A stretch of DNA of 59,951 nucleotides, filler included, from Fonticula-like sp. SCN 57-25 (taxonomy: Eukaryota): assembly GCA_001724245.1 (NCBI GenBank). It is 10 parts of 10 records of this genome, joined end to end, with 100 filler letters (N's around TTAATTAATTAA, not from the genome) between each part and the next. Parts side by side here need not be neighbours in the genome. Positions count along the whole stretch, not along the records: positions 25,067 to 31,039 come from MEDX01000711.1; positions 31,140 to 36,951 come from MEDX01000712.1; positions 37,052 to 42,746 come from MEDX01000713.1; 7 more parts are not named here. One strand, 5' to 3'. Of the stretch, positions 24,967 through 37,052 are shown piece after piece (position 1 is the stretch's first letter; every line of letters begins with the position of its first letter). Position numbers and translations under genes: made by a program. The notes below the pieces were generated by a model that did no database searches, had not been told where the DNA came from, and saw only the letters and a list, made by a program, of their open reading frames with translations.

Positions 24967-25066
24967 NNNNNNNNNNNNNNNNNNNNNNNNNNNNNNNNNN
25001 NNNNNNNNNNTTAATTAATTAANNNNNNNNNNNNNNNNNNNNNNNNNNNNNNNNNNNNNNNNNNNN

Positions 25067-28000
25067 GAGCTAATGTCGCTCATGCTGTCGTCGCCCTCGA
25101 TAAAGAATTCCTGCGGCATCGGCTCGTTCTTGAGCAGCTTGGACACGAGCATCTCGTAGCGCGGGTACGAGATGCGGTTCTTGACGAGGATCTTGTTGAT
25201 CATCTGGATAAAGATGATATAGTCGGTGCCGAGCTGGTAGACGAGCGCGGCGAGCGTGTCGAGGCCCGCCTGGCGCAGCTCGAGGTTGGTGCCCCACAGC
25301 ACGCGCGACAGCGGGTGGATGATGCGAGACGCATAGTCGGAAAAGTTTACCTTTTTGCAGAGCTGGCCGACCGTCTGGATCGCGGCCTTGCGCAGGGCGA
25401 CCGGCACGTCGGCGCGCTCAAAGAGGCGCACGACCGGCGGGACGACAAGGTGCAGGTACTCTTCGAGCGTCGAGCCAAACTTTTTCAGCGCGATGAGCAC
25501 CTCGAGCGTCGGCAGGCGCTTGTCCGACTCGTCCGTCTCAAAGATCTGCAGCAGGTGCGGCAGCAGGCGCGGAAGGTACACCTTGAACTCGCTGTCGAGC
25601 GAGCCGGCAATCGCCTTGACGAGCGTGATGATGGTCAGCTGCACGCTCGTCGACACGGACCAGTTGTTTTCAATCAGCAGGATAATGTCGCCGAGGTAGT
25701 TGCGAATGTGCTGCTTGACGATCGACACGAGTTGCGCGAGCTTGCTAAAGTGGAACTCGACCATGCTCGACGGGCACGTCTGCAGCATATTCAGGAACGG
25801 CGGCATGATCTGCGGCAGGAACGGGACACACTTGAGCCCGAGCGTCTTGAAAATGTACATGATGGCCTGGATCACAGCCATGTGGTGCGCCGACAGCGAC
25901 GGGTCGCGCATGATCTTCATGAGCGCCGTGATGACGACCGTCGGGTAATAGTCCTCGCTCGAGGGCGACATGGACACGAGCGCGTGCTCCTGCATCACGT
26001 CGTCCGAGGTGGGCGGCTCGGACCCGCCGACCATCGCGTTGCCCGACACGCTCGACTCGAGCTGCGCCATCTTGTACTTGTACGGGTCCAGCGCGCCGAG
26101 GATGCCAATCACCTTCATGGCCTCGCGGCGCAGCGACGGCTGCTGCTCCGTCTTTAAAAAGTTGACAATGATATTGAGCAGCTGGGGGTAGCGCAGGTAC
26201 GGCTCAATCACATTGCCCGTCGCGACGGTCAGCTTGCCGAGCGTGCCAAGGGCGGCCTCGCGCTTCGCCACCGACGACTGGTCCTGCAGCGTCTCCAGGA
26301 TCTGCGGCATCAGCTGGTCGTGGTAGCCAGACATTTCCTCGCCAGTCACCTGAGCAAGCTCGCCGAGCGCAGAGAACGCGCGCGCGACGACGCCGGGGCT
26401 CGGGTCGCGCAGCTTTTGCATGATGGCGCGCAGGATCGGCTCAGAGTACGGCTTGATGAGACGGCGCGAAGCGGCCATGAGGTGGCCGAGCAGCAGCGCG
26501 CTCTCCTCCTTGGTGCGGCTCACATTCGAGTACTCGAGCTCGGTGAGCAGCTGAATAAGCGTCTTGCGAAGCGACGGCATCACATAGGCGGGATTGTACA
26601 GCGTCAGGCGGCCAATGATAGAGATGGAGCACTCGCGGATCGTAAAGACTTCGTCGTTGAGGGCGACGAAAAGCGCGCGAATGTTTTCCTGCTGCGCAAG
26701 GTACGCGTCAAACCGCTCATCAAGCGACGACAAAACCGTCAGGCGGATATTTGGTTCTGCAAGTTAAAAAATTAGTACCAAAGTAATGACAAAAAAGGGC
26801 GTACCGGGGTCGGTGATGCCAACGGTGAGGAGCTTTTCGAGCACTTCTCCGACGATCTGGATGGCGCGCGTCGACACTGACCGCGAGTGGATGTGGTCGC
26901 AGAGCAGGAGGCTGCAGCACGTCTGTGCCGCCGCCTGGCGCACCTCTGCGTTGTCGGCCTCGAGGTATGACACGACGCACTCGCGGACAAACTCGTTCAG
27001 GTTGTGGCCGGTAAAGTCAAAGCTGCCGAGCGTGCGGAGCGCGAGCGTCACCTCTGCCTGGTGCTCTGGAATCGAGAGCTCCTTGAGCATGTGGACGACG
27101 GACGAGTTTCCGTTGGTGTCGTTTGACGGCGCGCCGGGGTGGCGGTACGACTGTCCGCTGAGGACGATGGCGAGCATGTCGAGCAGCTTGTCCTGGATGG
27201 TGGGCAGGAGCGGCGGGATGTGCTGCGCGAGGTTGACGAGCGCCTCGGTGAGCGGCTCCGAGAGGCCCGTGTTGAACATGAGCTCGAGGAGCGGGTGCAT
27301 GTGCCGCGTGAGCGCCTGGCCGACGGCGACGGCGAGCATCGAGATGCACACAAAGACGGGCGCGTTGTTCGGGTCGACCTTGCCGCGCGTGCGGGGCACA
27401 AGCGACTCGCGGATGATTGCCAGGATGGCCTCAAGGTACGGCGTCATGCCGACCTCCATCACGATGGCGACCTTGCCGATGGCGTTGAAGGCCGGCGCGC
27501 GGTCCTTGTCCTTGTCCTTTTTGAGGCCGTTCAGGATGTACGTCATCATTGTCTGAAGGTGGTCGCGCGCAAACAGCTCGGGCTGCAGCGCCGCCACGCT
27601 CGGAATCAGGCTCACGACAGTGCGGCGGATGAGCGCGTCGCGGTGGTCCTTGTACTGCCGAAGGATCTCGTAAATGTCATTGTAGCGCTGCTGCTGCTGC
27701 ATGAATTTTGTAAAGTAGAGAAGCTCACGGATCGTCAAAAGAGACCCGTGGATCGTCTCTGTCGTGTTCATCTTGAGGCCGCGCTGCGCCTCCTCAAACA
27801 CCTGAAGCCAGGGCTTTTGCGAGCTCTCGCGCTGGGCGAGAATGTCCAGGCACGCGCGAAGGGCCTCTGCGGCGCCCTCCCGGATGTTCACCTTGGTGTC
27901 GCGCAGCGCCACCCAAATGTGGTCCAGGATCGATTGGACGTACGAGTACACGAGCGTCGGCGCATTCTGGCCGAGCTCATTGAGCACGAGAACAGCGGCG

Positions 28001-28600
28001 TAGCGGCGCGCGTCGTTGCGGTCGCCCTGCAACCACTCGAGGGCGCGCTTCACCTCAAATTCAACAAAGTCGGCAGTCAGCGTGCCGCCGGCAAGGGCAA
28101 GGCGACCGAGAGCACGGGACGCCAAAACAGAGATCTGCGGGTCGATGCCCGGAAGAACAATGCGAAGGTAGTTGGCGAACCGCGTCACTTTGGACGTGTT
28201 ATCCTCGCCGTCAATGTCAATAAGCTCATCTGAACAAAGGTCGCGTTAGAGTCAAAGAAAAACAGATAGAAAAAAGGGCGGCTCGGCGCGTACTGATGGC
28301 CATGATTCCGCCGATTTTGTCGTTGACATCATTGCTGTTTACCAGTTCAAAGATGCGACGGTTCACCTCGTTGATGAACTTTGTAAAGCTTTCCCCGGAC
28401 AGCTCGCGCGAGACGCTCGACACCTACCCCCAAAATACGTTAGAAGCCATAGAAAAAACAGCCAAATCCCCTCTCTCCCTTCAAAGGTAGTCGCGTACGT
28501 GTGCGCGAAGGTCCTTGGCAGCCTTCACCCGCACCTCGTCCGTTTTCGACCGCAGCTCGGCGAGCAATCGCACGATTGGGTCCGCATCGCGCGTCGCCAT
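25067..28600 (-). CDS. TOR: Target of rapamycin kinase, N-terminal HEAT region, multi-exon, 3'-truncated
   Basis: [82 protein letters not shown]. Confidence 0.96.
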
Positions 28601-29451
28601 TTTGTCTATCTCACACCGCGCACTCCTACACTCTGCGGCGTTGGATTTCACAGGCTATGCGCAGGCTTGTCTCGTTGCTTTCCAGGCGGATGCTGGGGCC
28701 GATGCGGTGGTGCCTCAAAAAGTCTGAGAACTCTGTTGTTGAATGAATCCCGATCGAAGCCGGATCGAATATGTACAGTCAGCGTTAGGGGTTGGACAGG
28801 GGCCGCGCACAATTGATATTACAAAGGCACCGCTGAAAGATGTCCTAGAGTAAATGTAAACCATTATTTACTTCATTTGGGTAGCAGAGGACATACGCGG
28901 CTGGTTGATAGACAAAAATACCCTCTCCAGCGTGGGAACCGTTACTCTAAAATGGTGTGCGACACGATACCAACGTCATTATCGCACAAGAAAACACTTT
29001 CGCAACTCCTTCGACAACGCCTCCAGTCCAATACCTTGACCTTACCAACAATTTTTAGTTTGTACTAATAAAACTAAGCACTGCAGCTGTCGCCAGCTGT
29101 CGCCATCAAGGCGCCATCCGTCGCGCATTTCCCGCCATATTTGTCATGATCTGATTGGTCGCTATGACGTCATGCATACAGAATCTTCGAGTATTTGAAG
29201 GGCGTCGCGAGGGAGAACTGAGCCTCCGTCGGACATCGCTTCGTCTTTGCGTTTCATTACTTTCTTTGACTCTGCGTAGTCGCTTTTTCGCACGTGGCAG
29301 GAGCACCACGCGCGGCAGAAATAGTGTCGCTGTCCTCTCGTGCAGCCCTGTCGTTTCTGTCTGCGCGCCTTAACTGCGAGGTGACGTGGATTCGGCTCGA
29401 GCCGCTGTCAGATTTACAAGCTTCAAGCGTTTTTTTTTCTACACGCAAGAA

Positions 29452-29727
29452 ATGGATTTAGACTGGTGCATTGTGTGCGACAAGCGCTCTGAGTCGGGCG
29501 CCGCCTACTGCAGCGATGCGTGCCGCGTCCAGGATGGCCACTTTCCCGATTTGCCAGTGTACTTTAGCAACGAGGTGGCGAAACCGGTGCGCACACCCAA
29601 GGTGTACAAGCCGACCAAGGCGGTTGTGGCGAGTACGGCGGCGACTCGCCGGACAAGATGCATCAAATCGCTCTCCCGGCCGAACCTGGTGATCCACGAG
29701 CTGACGGGCCTCTACGTGCCGATTTAG
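29452..29727 (+). CDS. ECL1: Ecl1-family small zinc-binding lifespan regulator
   Basis: MDLDWCIVCDKR...AYCSDACRVQD matches the fungal Ecl1 C-x2-C...YCS-x2-C pattern. Confidence 0.75.
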   Translation: MDLDWCIVCDKRSESGAAYCSDACRVQDGHFPDLPVYFSNEVAKPVRTPKVYKPTKAVVASTAATRRTRCIKSLSRPNLVIHELTGLYVPI

Positions 29728-30371
29728 AAGCGGTCGAGCACTTTTTTCATTGGCATTCTAGAATATTACAGCTAATGTTGTATACACACATCTTTCTTAA
29801 CATTATTCTGTATAATACATAAGCATTTTTGTTTTAACATAATACGAGTGAGCATTGTGGTTCGCATACGTCTATTCACGCTTACCAATCCCATGCATTC
29901 CATCATTCCATCAAAAGGCAGCCGCCACTTTGTGTGTAATTTCCGCTTTGTGTGCAGTTTGCAGCCCATTTTGCCGATTTTCGTGCCAAATCGGTCCATT
30001 TTGGCCCATTTATGCCTGATTTACGCCACTTTAATGAGATTCGCTGGAGATTCGTCGACAACTCCCCCCCTGTGCCCCTTGGCCGAAAGTGGTGCATTGA
30101 CGTGCGGCCATGTCAGCCGCCAGTTGATCTCGCACCTGTTCTTTGCAGAAAACGTTGCGGACACGCGATCTGCGCTTCGAGCACCGTACCCTTAACCTTA
30201 AGCGGCCCAAGGGGCAATGAAGTGGAGCTGAGGGGGTGACGCTCTCCCTCCAAGGGGTCGGCAGTATAAAATGGGCGCCCCGCGGGGGCAGTAGGCTCAG
30301 CACGCTCGTCCTGCAGTCGTCGAGCAAGCCAAGAGAGAGAGAGAGAGAGAGAGAAAGCGAGGAAGCCAGCA

Positions 30372-31039
30372 ATGATCTCCCGTGTCGTCGTGATCGCGGC
30401 CATGGTGGCCGCATTGGCCGTCGTGGGCGCCCAAGCATCGGGCGGCTCGTGCAGCGACTGCCAGTACGGTGTCAAGTGCGCCGAGACCCTCAACGACTGT
30501 GTCACTGTACGGCCCGCTCATGCTCGCACGGCATCACGCTTACTGTGGTCTTAGGGTGACTTTAACCATAACTGGCCCGCGCCCAACCAGAACACCAAGT
30601 GCAGCAACGAGCTGTACTATGCTTGCGCCGAGAAGCCGTGGGACTGCCGCTGTACGCAAGCTGATGCCGTGTCACGTATTTCTCACATACTCATAGATGT
30701 CAACAACTGCACCGAGCCCGCCCCCAAGTGCCAGTGCAACCGCCGCGTCTACTGCTACAGCTCTCTGAACCGCTGCAAGGAGCAGAAGAACGCTGTCGAG
30801 TTCCCCGGCGGCAACAACGCCGACTGCGCCGAGATCGAGAGGCCCGTGTACGCTTGCTCTGAGGAGCCCGACGTGTGCCGCGGTGCGTCTCTTTTTCTTT
30901 TTTTCGTCTTTCTTGTTGCTTACCCGCCTGCAGTCACCAACACGTGCGAGGTCTGCCGCGGCGGCCACGGCACCGAGGACCCCCACTTTGTCGGCTTTGA
31001 CGGCTCGCAGTACTACTTTGAGGGCGCCGGCGGCCAGGA
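30372..31039 (+). CDS. Secreted Cys-rich protein: two 8-Cys modules followed by the start of a VWD-like domain; 3 introns; 3'-truncated
   Basis: Signal peptide MISRVVVIAAMVAALAVVGAQA; DPHFVGFDGSQYYFEG motif; TATAAAA near 30265. Confidence 0.7.
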
Positions 31040-31139
31040 NNNNNNNNNNNNNNNNNNNNNNNNNNNNNNNNNNNNNNNNNNNNTTAATTAATTAANNNNN
31101 NNNNNNNNNNNNNNNNNNNNNNNNNNNNNNNNNNNNNNN

Positions 31140-32418
31140 CCGCGTCGCCGTCGCCGCGCTGCACCAGAACGCCCACTTGTTCCAGTCACGCAGTAACCTC
31201 CACTCTCTGCTCGTGAGCGACGCTATTGTCTACGGTGTCGGCACCCAGATTGGCAAAGCATTCGATTGGATGACTGTAAAGATCAAGGAGAATAAGTGTA
31301 AGTGGTGCAAGTCCGTCGTCGACTTTTTCATCAAGAAGGCGTGCGATGCTGCAGGCAAAGCACTCTGCATGTTGCTAGTCTCCCTCGCGGTTCCCCCGCT
31401 CGGGGCAATCATTGCCAAGCTTTTCTGCGATTTCCCTCTCTACCTTGGTAAGCTGCTTGGTTCATGGTGCACTGCTGGGATCAAGTGGCTCCAAGACAAG
31501 ACCCGTATGACGTCAGATTGCATGTGCAGCTTCACGATTCCGACCATGACATTGCCTGCCACTAATTTTGCCACCCTCGGTGTCACTATTTTTAGCAGCA
31601 CAAAGCGCGTTATTGCTCTGGGCCAGGTGTGCCCCACGCAGCCCGGCCAGTGCGCCGGCTCCTCCGACGCCGACAAGAAAGCGTACGACATCAAGAAGGC
31701 CGCCGACGATGCCGCTAAAGCCAAGAAAGCTGCCAAGGAGCTTGAACGCATTAAAAAGATGACAAAAGCAGAGAAGATCGCGTACCACACCAAGATCCTC
31801 AAGGGTGAGGTTTTGTCCTCGCTCGACAAGAAGATCGTGAACGAAGTTCTTGGCACTGTCACTGGTCTCGGCACCACCGCGCTTGGTGCGCTGGCAAAGG
31901 CCGGCGGCAAGGTCCTCTCCGGTGATTTCAAGGGTGCGGGCAAGGAGCTCACCGTCACCGTCGGCAAGCAGGTCGCCAAGAAGGTTGTGAAGACCATTGC
32001 CCAGAAGGCTGTGAAGGTGGTGGTGTCGACCGCGGCCGGTGTCGCGGTCGACAAGGTCACCGAGGGCGCCAAGGCCATCACGAGTAAGGTCTCCGAGGTT
32101 GCTGGTCAGGTGTACGGTAACAAGACTCGCGCTGTCGGCCACATCATCACGGACATCAAGACCGCGGTCACCGCCGACAACGCAACTGACGCAGCCCGCA
32201 TCCGCCAGCAGGGCTACGCAGTCGCCGACAAGGTCGGCGCTGCGGTGAACAAGGGCATCACGACTGTCGGCACCAAGGTATCGAATGTTATGATTGACGG
32301 TGCGAAGGTTATCGTCAATGCGAACATCAACGAGCGTTATCTTAAGCCTGCCGACAAGGATGTTGGTAAGAAGCTTGAAAGTGCTCTCAAAATTGAGCCC
32401 GAAAAGAAGAAGGTCTAA
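31140..32418 (+). CDS. Unknown secreted-family protein, paralogue A (5'-truncated)
   Basis: Frame open from the contig edge; aligns with paralogue B over the 10-Cys core and the GQCAGSSDADKKAYD...YHTKI block. Confidence 0.85.
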
Positions 32419-33718
32419 GAGATGTGCATAATCTCTAGTTCCATGCACACTGTCACACGTACAGCTGTGCAAAACAATTTTTGATTTGAGTTGTATGCTA
32501 GCTACGAATGTACAACCAAAAAAAGTTTTAATATGCACTATCGCAGTCAGTTACGTCAACAGTTCGATCTATTGACTTTTGTTGTTTTTTAATATTGTGC
32601 CTATGTTGTTACACCTTCTGTAACATAAAAATTGGCTCATTTTCCCTTCTCGCTCGTCCGCAACATGATTTTGAAACGTGTGGGGGTCCACAAGTTTCTG
32701 TTGTTTCTGGACGGTCACGACTCTTGCCAACGTCACAACTGAGCTATTTGAGCGTTGTCATTGTGCTTTCTTCTCAAAATACACTGAATCATAAATGGTT
32801 CTCCAAAAGCATAGCCTGAAAAACGATTGTGTACTCCTGTTTTTCCACCTGTGTCCGTTTTGAAGCTTGATATTGTACTAGTTCGTTTCGAAGCCTAAAG
32901 TCACGCAGTATAGAATGCATTGTGAAGTCGATTGGACTAAAGATCTAGTCGAGAAGCTGAAATCAACCCAGAGTGTTATACAACATATAAAGCCACACAG
33001 TAGCAAATGTGTTCTTGAGACGGAGAATGAGACTAACACGACTACACATTATTTTCGACATGTCTTCATGTGATGACGAAATAACCTTGTAAGGTGCAAA
33101 ACCGTGGATAGGGTACAGAGATCAGAGCCCAGACGGATAAACGCGATTGCTTACTCATGATACAGATGCGCTCATACATTATGCATTCTGTTGACGCAAA
33201 TTGAATCACTTAGATCGATCCAACATCGCAATGTTGACGGTAGTCATCGGAGACAGTCGAGTCCTTGGCGACGGAAGGATGCATACCACGTCGTACAACA
33301 TACAATATGAAGGTAGTTTGAACACGCTCTAATATACTATACGATCTTCATTGGGCCGTTGCTTCCACACCGCGAAAATCAAATAAACACAAACGTCCTT
33401 CATCAAGGTTTATGCTCGTATTTCGGTGCAGGATGACCGTGTGCACGTGAACAAAACTAACTTAGCTGGTTCTCAAAAATTGGCGGACTAACTAACTGGT
33501 CCATGCAAGGAGCCTTCATGCGATTCTGACGAAGTCATTAATGCACCATATACATGTGGATACTAACTTTAACACTAGTTTGCGACTTCAAATACTTATT
33601 TTGCCTTTCTACAATCGGTCACAACCTTGTCTACTTCCCCTGACTCCCTCTTTCGCCCTTCTTATGACTGACACGTTGGGTCGCCACCCTCTCTTGCCCA
33701 TAGGTGAGAAACACGCCA

Positions 33719-35625
33719 ATGCTCCGCGTTGCGCTTGTTTTCCTTCTTTGTGCCTTCGCTGCCTCGGTGTACGTTCATAGATTGTCTCTAAATTTCTCCT
33801 TCTCTCTCCACGCATGCGCTATTTTGTGTTTCATTTATCTCATCTCTGTCCTCCCCACTGTGCCCCTTCCTTTTGACATCTCAGGTCGGCGGTCTCTGTC
33901 GAGCTTCTAAGCTCGCAGATGACCAATGAGACGAGCGCGATGCACCTCATGAGTCCCGGTCACGAAACTGGTGATTTCGTCGGCTCATTCCTTCAGAACG
34001 CAAAGGAACGCCTCACCCAGGACGACTTCCTCGCTGTGCCCTTCGACATGAACAGCGAGCAAGACAAGGCTGTCTTCGAGGCCCTCACTCACAACAAAGA
34101 GGGCTTCCAGGCCTGGCGCGAGAACATGGCCCGCACTACTATGCACATGGAGCTTAGCGACTACAGCACTCTTTACGAGCACCACCGTTCTTCGCTCCTT
34201 GACCTTGCTGCCAACATGGACATCCCCGTTGAGCTTCACAAGACCTCATTTGATGCGCTGCTGCGCAAGGTTGACGCCGAGGTTTCCGTTCGCGAGCGCC
34301 GCTCTCCCAAGGGTGCTGCCGCTTTCGTTGAGGCTCGTGTTGCCGTTGCCGCGCTGCACCAGCACGCCCACCTGTTCCAGTCCCGCACGACGCTGCAGTC
34401 GCTGCTGCTCACCGACGCCATTACCTACGGCATCGGCTCCCAGATTGGCGAGGCCTTTGACTGGGTCGTCTCCAAGGTGAAGCAGTACAAGTGCACCTGG
34501 TGCAAGAACGTCGTGATCCACATCCAGAAGAAGGCCTGCGCCATGTTCGGCAAGGCTGTGTGCACGCTGCTCGTCAGCGCCATGTCCGGCCCCCTCGGCG
34601 CCATCGCCAGCAAGTTCTTCTGCGGCTTCCCTCTCTTCCTCAACTCCCTCTTCTCTGGCTGGTGCAACCAGGGTGTGGCCTACCTGCAGCGCATTCTGCG
34701 CATCACCCCGGACTGCATCTGCAGCTTCACCATCCCGACCTTCACCATCCCCGCCACCGACTTCAAGGTCGCCGGCGTGTCCGTGTACAAGAACACCAAG
34801 CGCGAGATCGCCATCGGTCAGGTCTGCACCGTCGCGGCGGGCCAGTGCGCCGGCTCCTCCGACGCCGACAAGAAGGCGTACGACACCAAGAAGGCCGCCG
34901 ACGACGCCGCGAGGGCCAAGAAGGCTGCTGAGGAGGCTGAGCGTGTCAAGAAGATGACCAAAGCTGAGAAGATCGCGTACCACACCAAGATCATCAAGGG
35001 TGAGATCAAGTCCAACCTGTCCCAACGCCTCGTCACCGAGCTTCTTGACAGTGTCACCGGCCTCAGCAAGTCCCTCGGCAAATCCGCGCTCGCGGGCGCC
35101 AAGGCCCTCGCCACTGACGGCGTCAAGGGCGCCGTCACGGCCGCTGCCAAGTCTCTCGCCGAGTCCACCGTCAAGGGTGCCGCTAAGGCCGTTGGCAAGC
35201 AGGTACAGGCCGCTGCCGCGACCACAGCCAAGGCCGTCACCAAGGCCGCGATCGGAGCCGTCGGCACCGTGGCTGCCAATCGCCTTGGCAATGCCGTACA
35301 GCCCACACTCAACAAGGCCGCCTCCGCGGTCGCCAACACTGCTAGCAAGGCTATCAACGCTACCGGCACGGCCATTGTTAAGGGCCAGACTGCCGTCATC
35401 TCCACTGTCAAGGGCAAGGCTGCCGGTGCGGCGTACAATACCAAGGCGACTGCCGCCGTTAAAAAGGTCACCAATGCCGTCAACAAGACTGTGGACACTG
35501 TCGGCAAGTTTGCTGGTGAGAGCACCGTCACGCTCGGCAAGGGTATCATTAACGGTGGTCTTGCCACCAAGGTCGGTGGACCCGCCGGTGGTTACGTCGC
35601 TGACAAGATCAACGGCAAGTTCTAA
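33719..35625 (+). CDS. Unknown secreted-family protein, paralogue B (complete, about 596 aa; intron 33769-33884)
   Basis: Splicing gives signal peptide MLRVALVFLLCAFAASVSA in frame with the 568-aa ORF; strong C-ending codon bias. Confidence 0.9.
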
Positions 35626-36432
35626 GACTATACTACATGTACATGATTATTGAACTACGTTATTCACATTATCTCGCACTGTTTGCATTCTCAAGATCAC
35701 ATCACACGTCAGCATTGGTCTTGGCTACATTCCAGTCAATCAACCAAGATGCACATAGTCATGAAACAGTCATTATCACTCACTATGCGCGCTCACCACA
35801 CTCGCGCTTTTCACGCCTGTGTGTGTGCTTAGACGCGTGCTTTGGCGGGCACAAGGTGTGTTCCGCGGGTCGTATCGTAGTGGTCACTTCACCACTGTGG
35901 ATGTGATGCCAACGCCGTGCGCCTCTGTGTGTTGCGCGAAGCGGAGAAACAGAGTCTTGTCTGAAGAAGACTTCTTGACATCTCTCTTTCACCTCAACTC
36001 GCGTCTAAACCCTTCATTTAATATCTGAATACAAATCGTGATTTTAATTCCACACTGCAATGTCTCACAGCTCTTTAGTTACTCTTTTCTTTTTGCGTAT
36101 GACTTCGCTAAACGTGTGCGGTACTCTCCAAAAACATTTTGGGCAGATCACTTTTCGCAGTCTTTGGTGGGGCTGCCGTGTAAGCGGCTTGGCAGTGGTT
36201 CACAAGGTGACTTGGGAAGGTCCCCTTTGGGTTCCTATCCTTAGACGGCGTTGGATGTGTAGCTTCGGAGTGTTGTTATTGAAATATGAAAATGTATAAT
36301 TAAATTTTGCGATTTTAATGATGCCGTGCGTGTAAAACTGACATTTTACCCATCAATCACCCCATTATTAATACCGCATCGGCTCCCCTTGCTTACCCTC
36401 TGTCTGCGTTTTTCCAGGTGAAAGACACGCGA

Positions 36433-36951
36433 ATGCTCCGCATAGCGTTGGTCTTTATTGCGTCGGCGCTGTTAGCCACAGTGTACGTGTCCTCTTGCTA
36501 CAGGCGTCATTTCTCTTTGTCCGGTGCATGTCTCTCTTTTGCTTTGACTCACCACCTCTCTCAATTGGCCTCACCGCCCACTCATTCCCTCGCCCGTTTG
36601 TCGGTGCACGCAAACAACAGGTCCGCGGTCTCCGTGGCCGTTCATGGCTCGCATCAGTCTTCCAACGAAACGAATGCCATGATGCTCATGCACCCCGACC
36701 AGCATGGTGCCTTCGAGGTCGCCAGCTTCCTCGAGGAGTCCAAGGCTCGCCTCAACCAGGACGACTTCCTTGCTGTCTCCATGGACATGGCCAACGAGCA
36801 GGACAAGGCTGTGTTCGAGGCCCTCACCCACAACAAGGAGGGCTTCCAGGCCTGGCGCGAGAACATGGCCCGCACCAGCATGCACATGGAGCTTAGCGAC
36901 TACAGCGCCCTCTTTGAGCACCACCGCTCCTCCCTGCTCGACCTCGCTGCT
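36433..36951 (+). CDS. Unknown secreted-family protein, paralogue C (3'-truncated; intron 36483-36620)
   Basis: Same signal peptide type and intron position as B; near-identical EQDKAVFEALTHNKEGFQAWRENMART block. Confidence 0.85.
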
Positions 36952-37052
36952 NNNNNNNNNNNNNNNNNNNNNNNNNNNNNNNNNNNNNNNNNNNNTTAAT
37001 TAATTAANNNNNNNNNNNNNNNNNNNNNNNNNNNNNNNNNNNNNNNNNNNNC

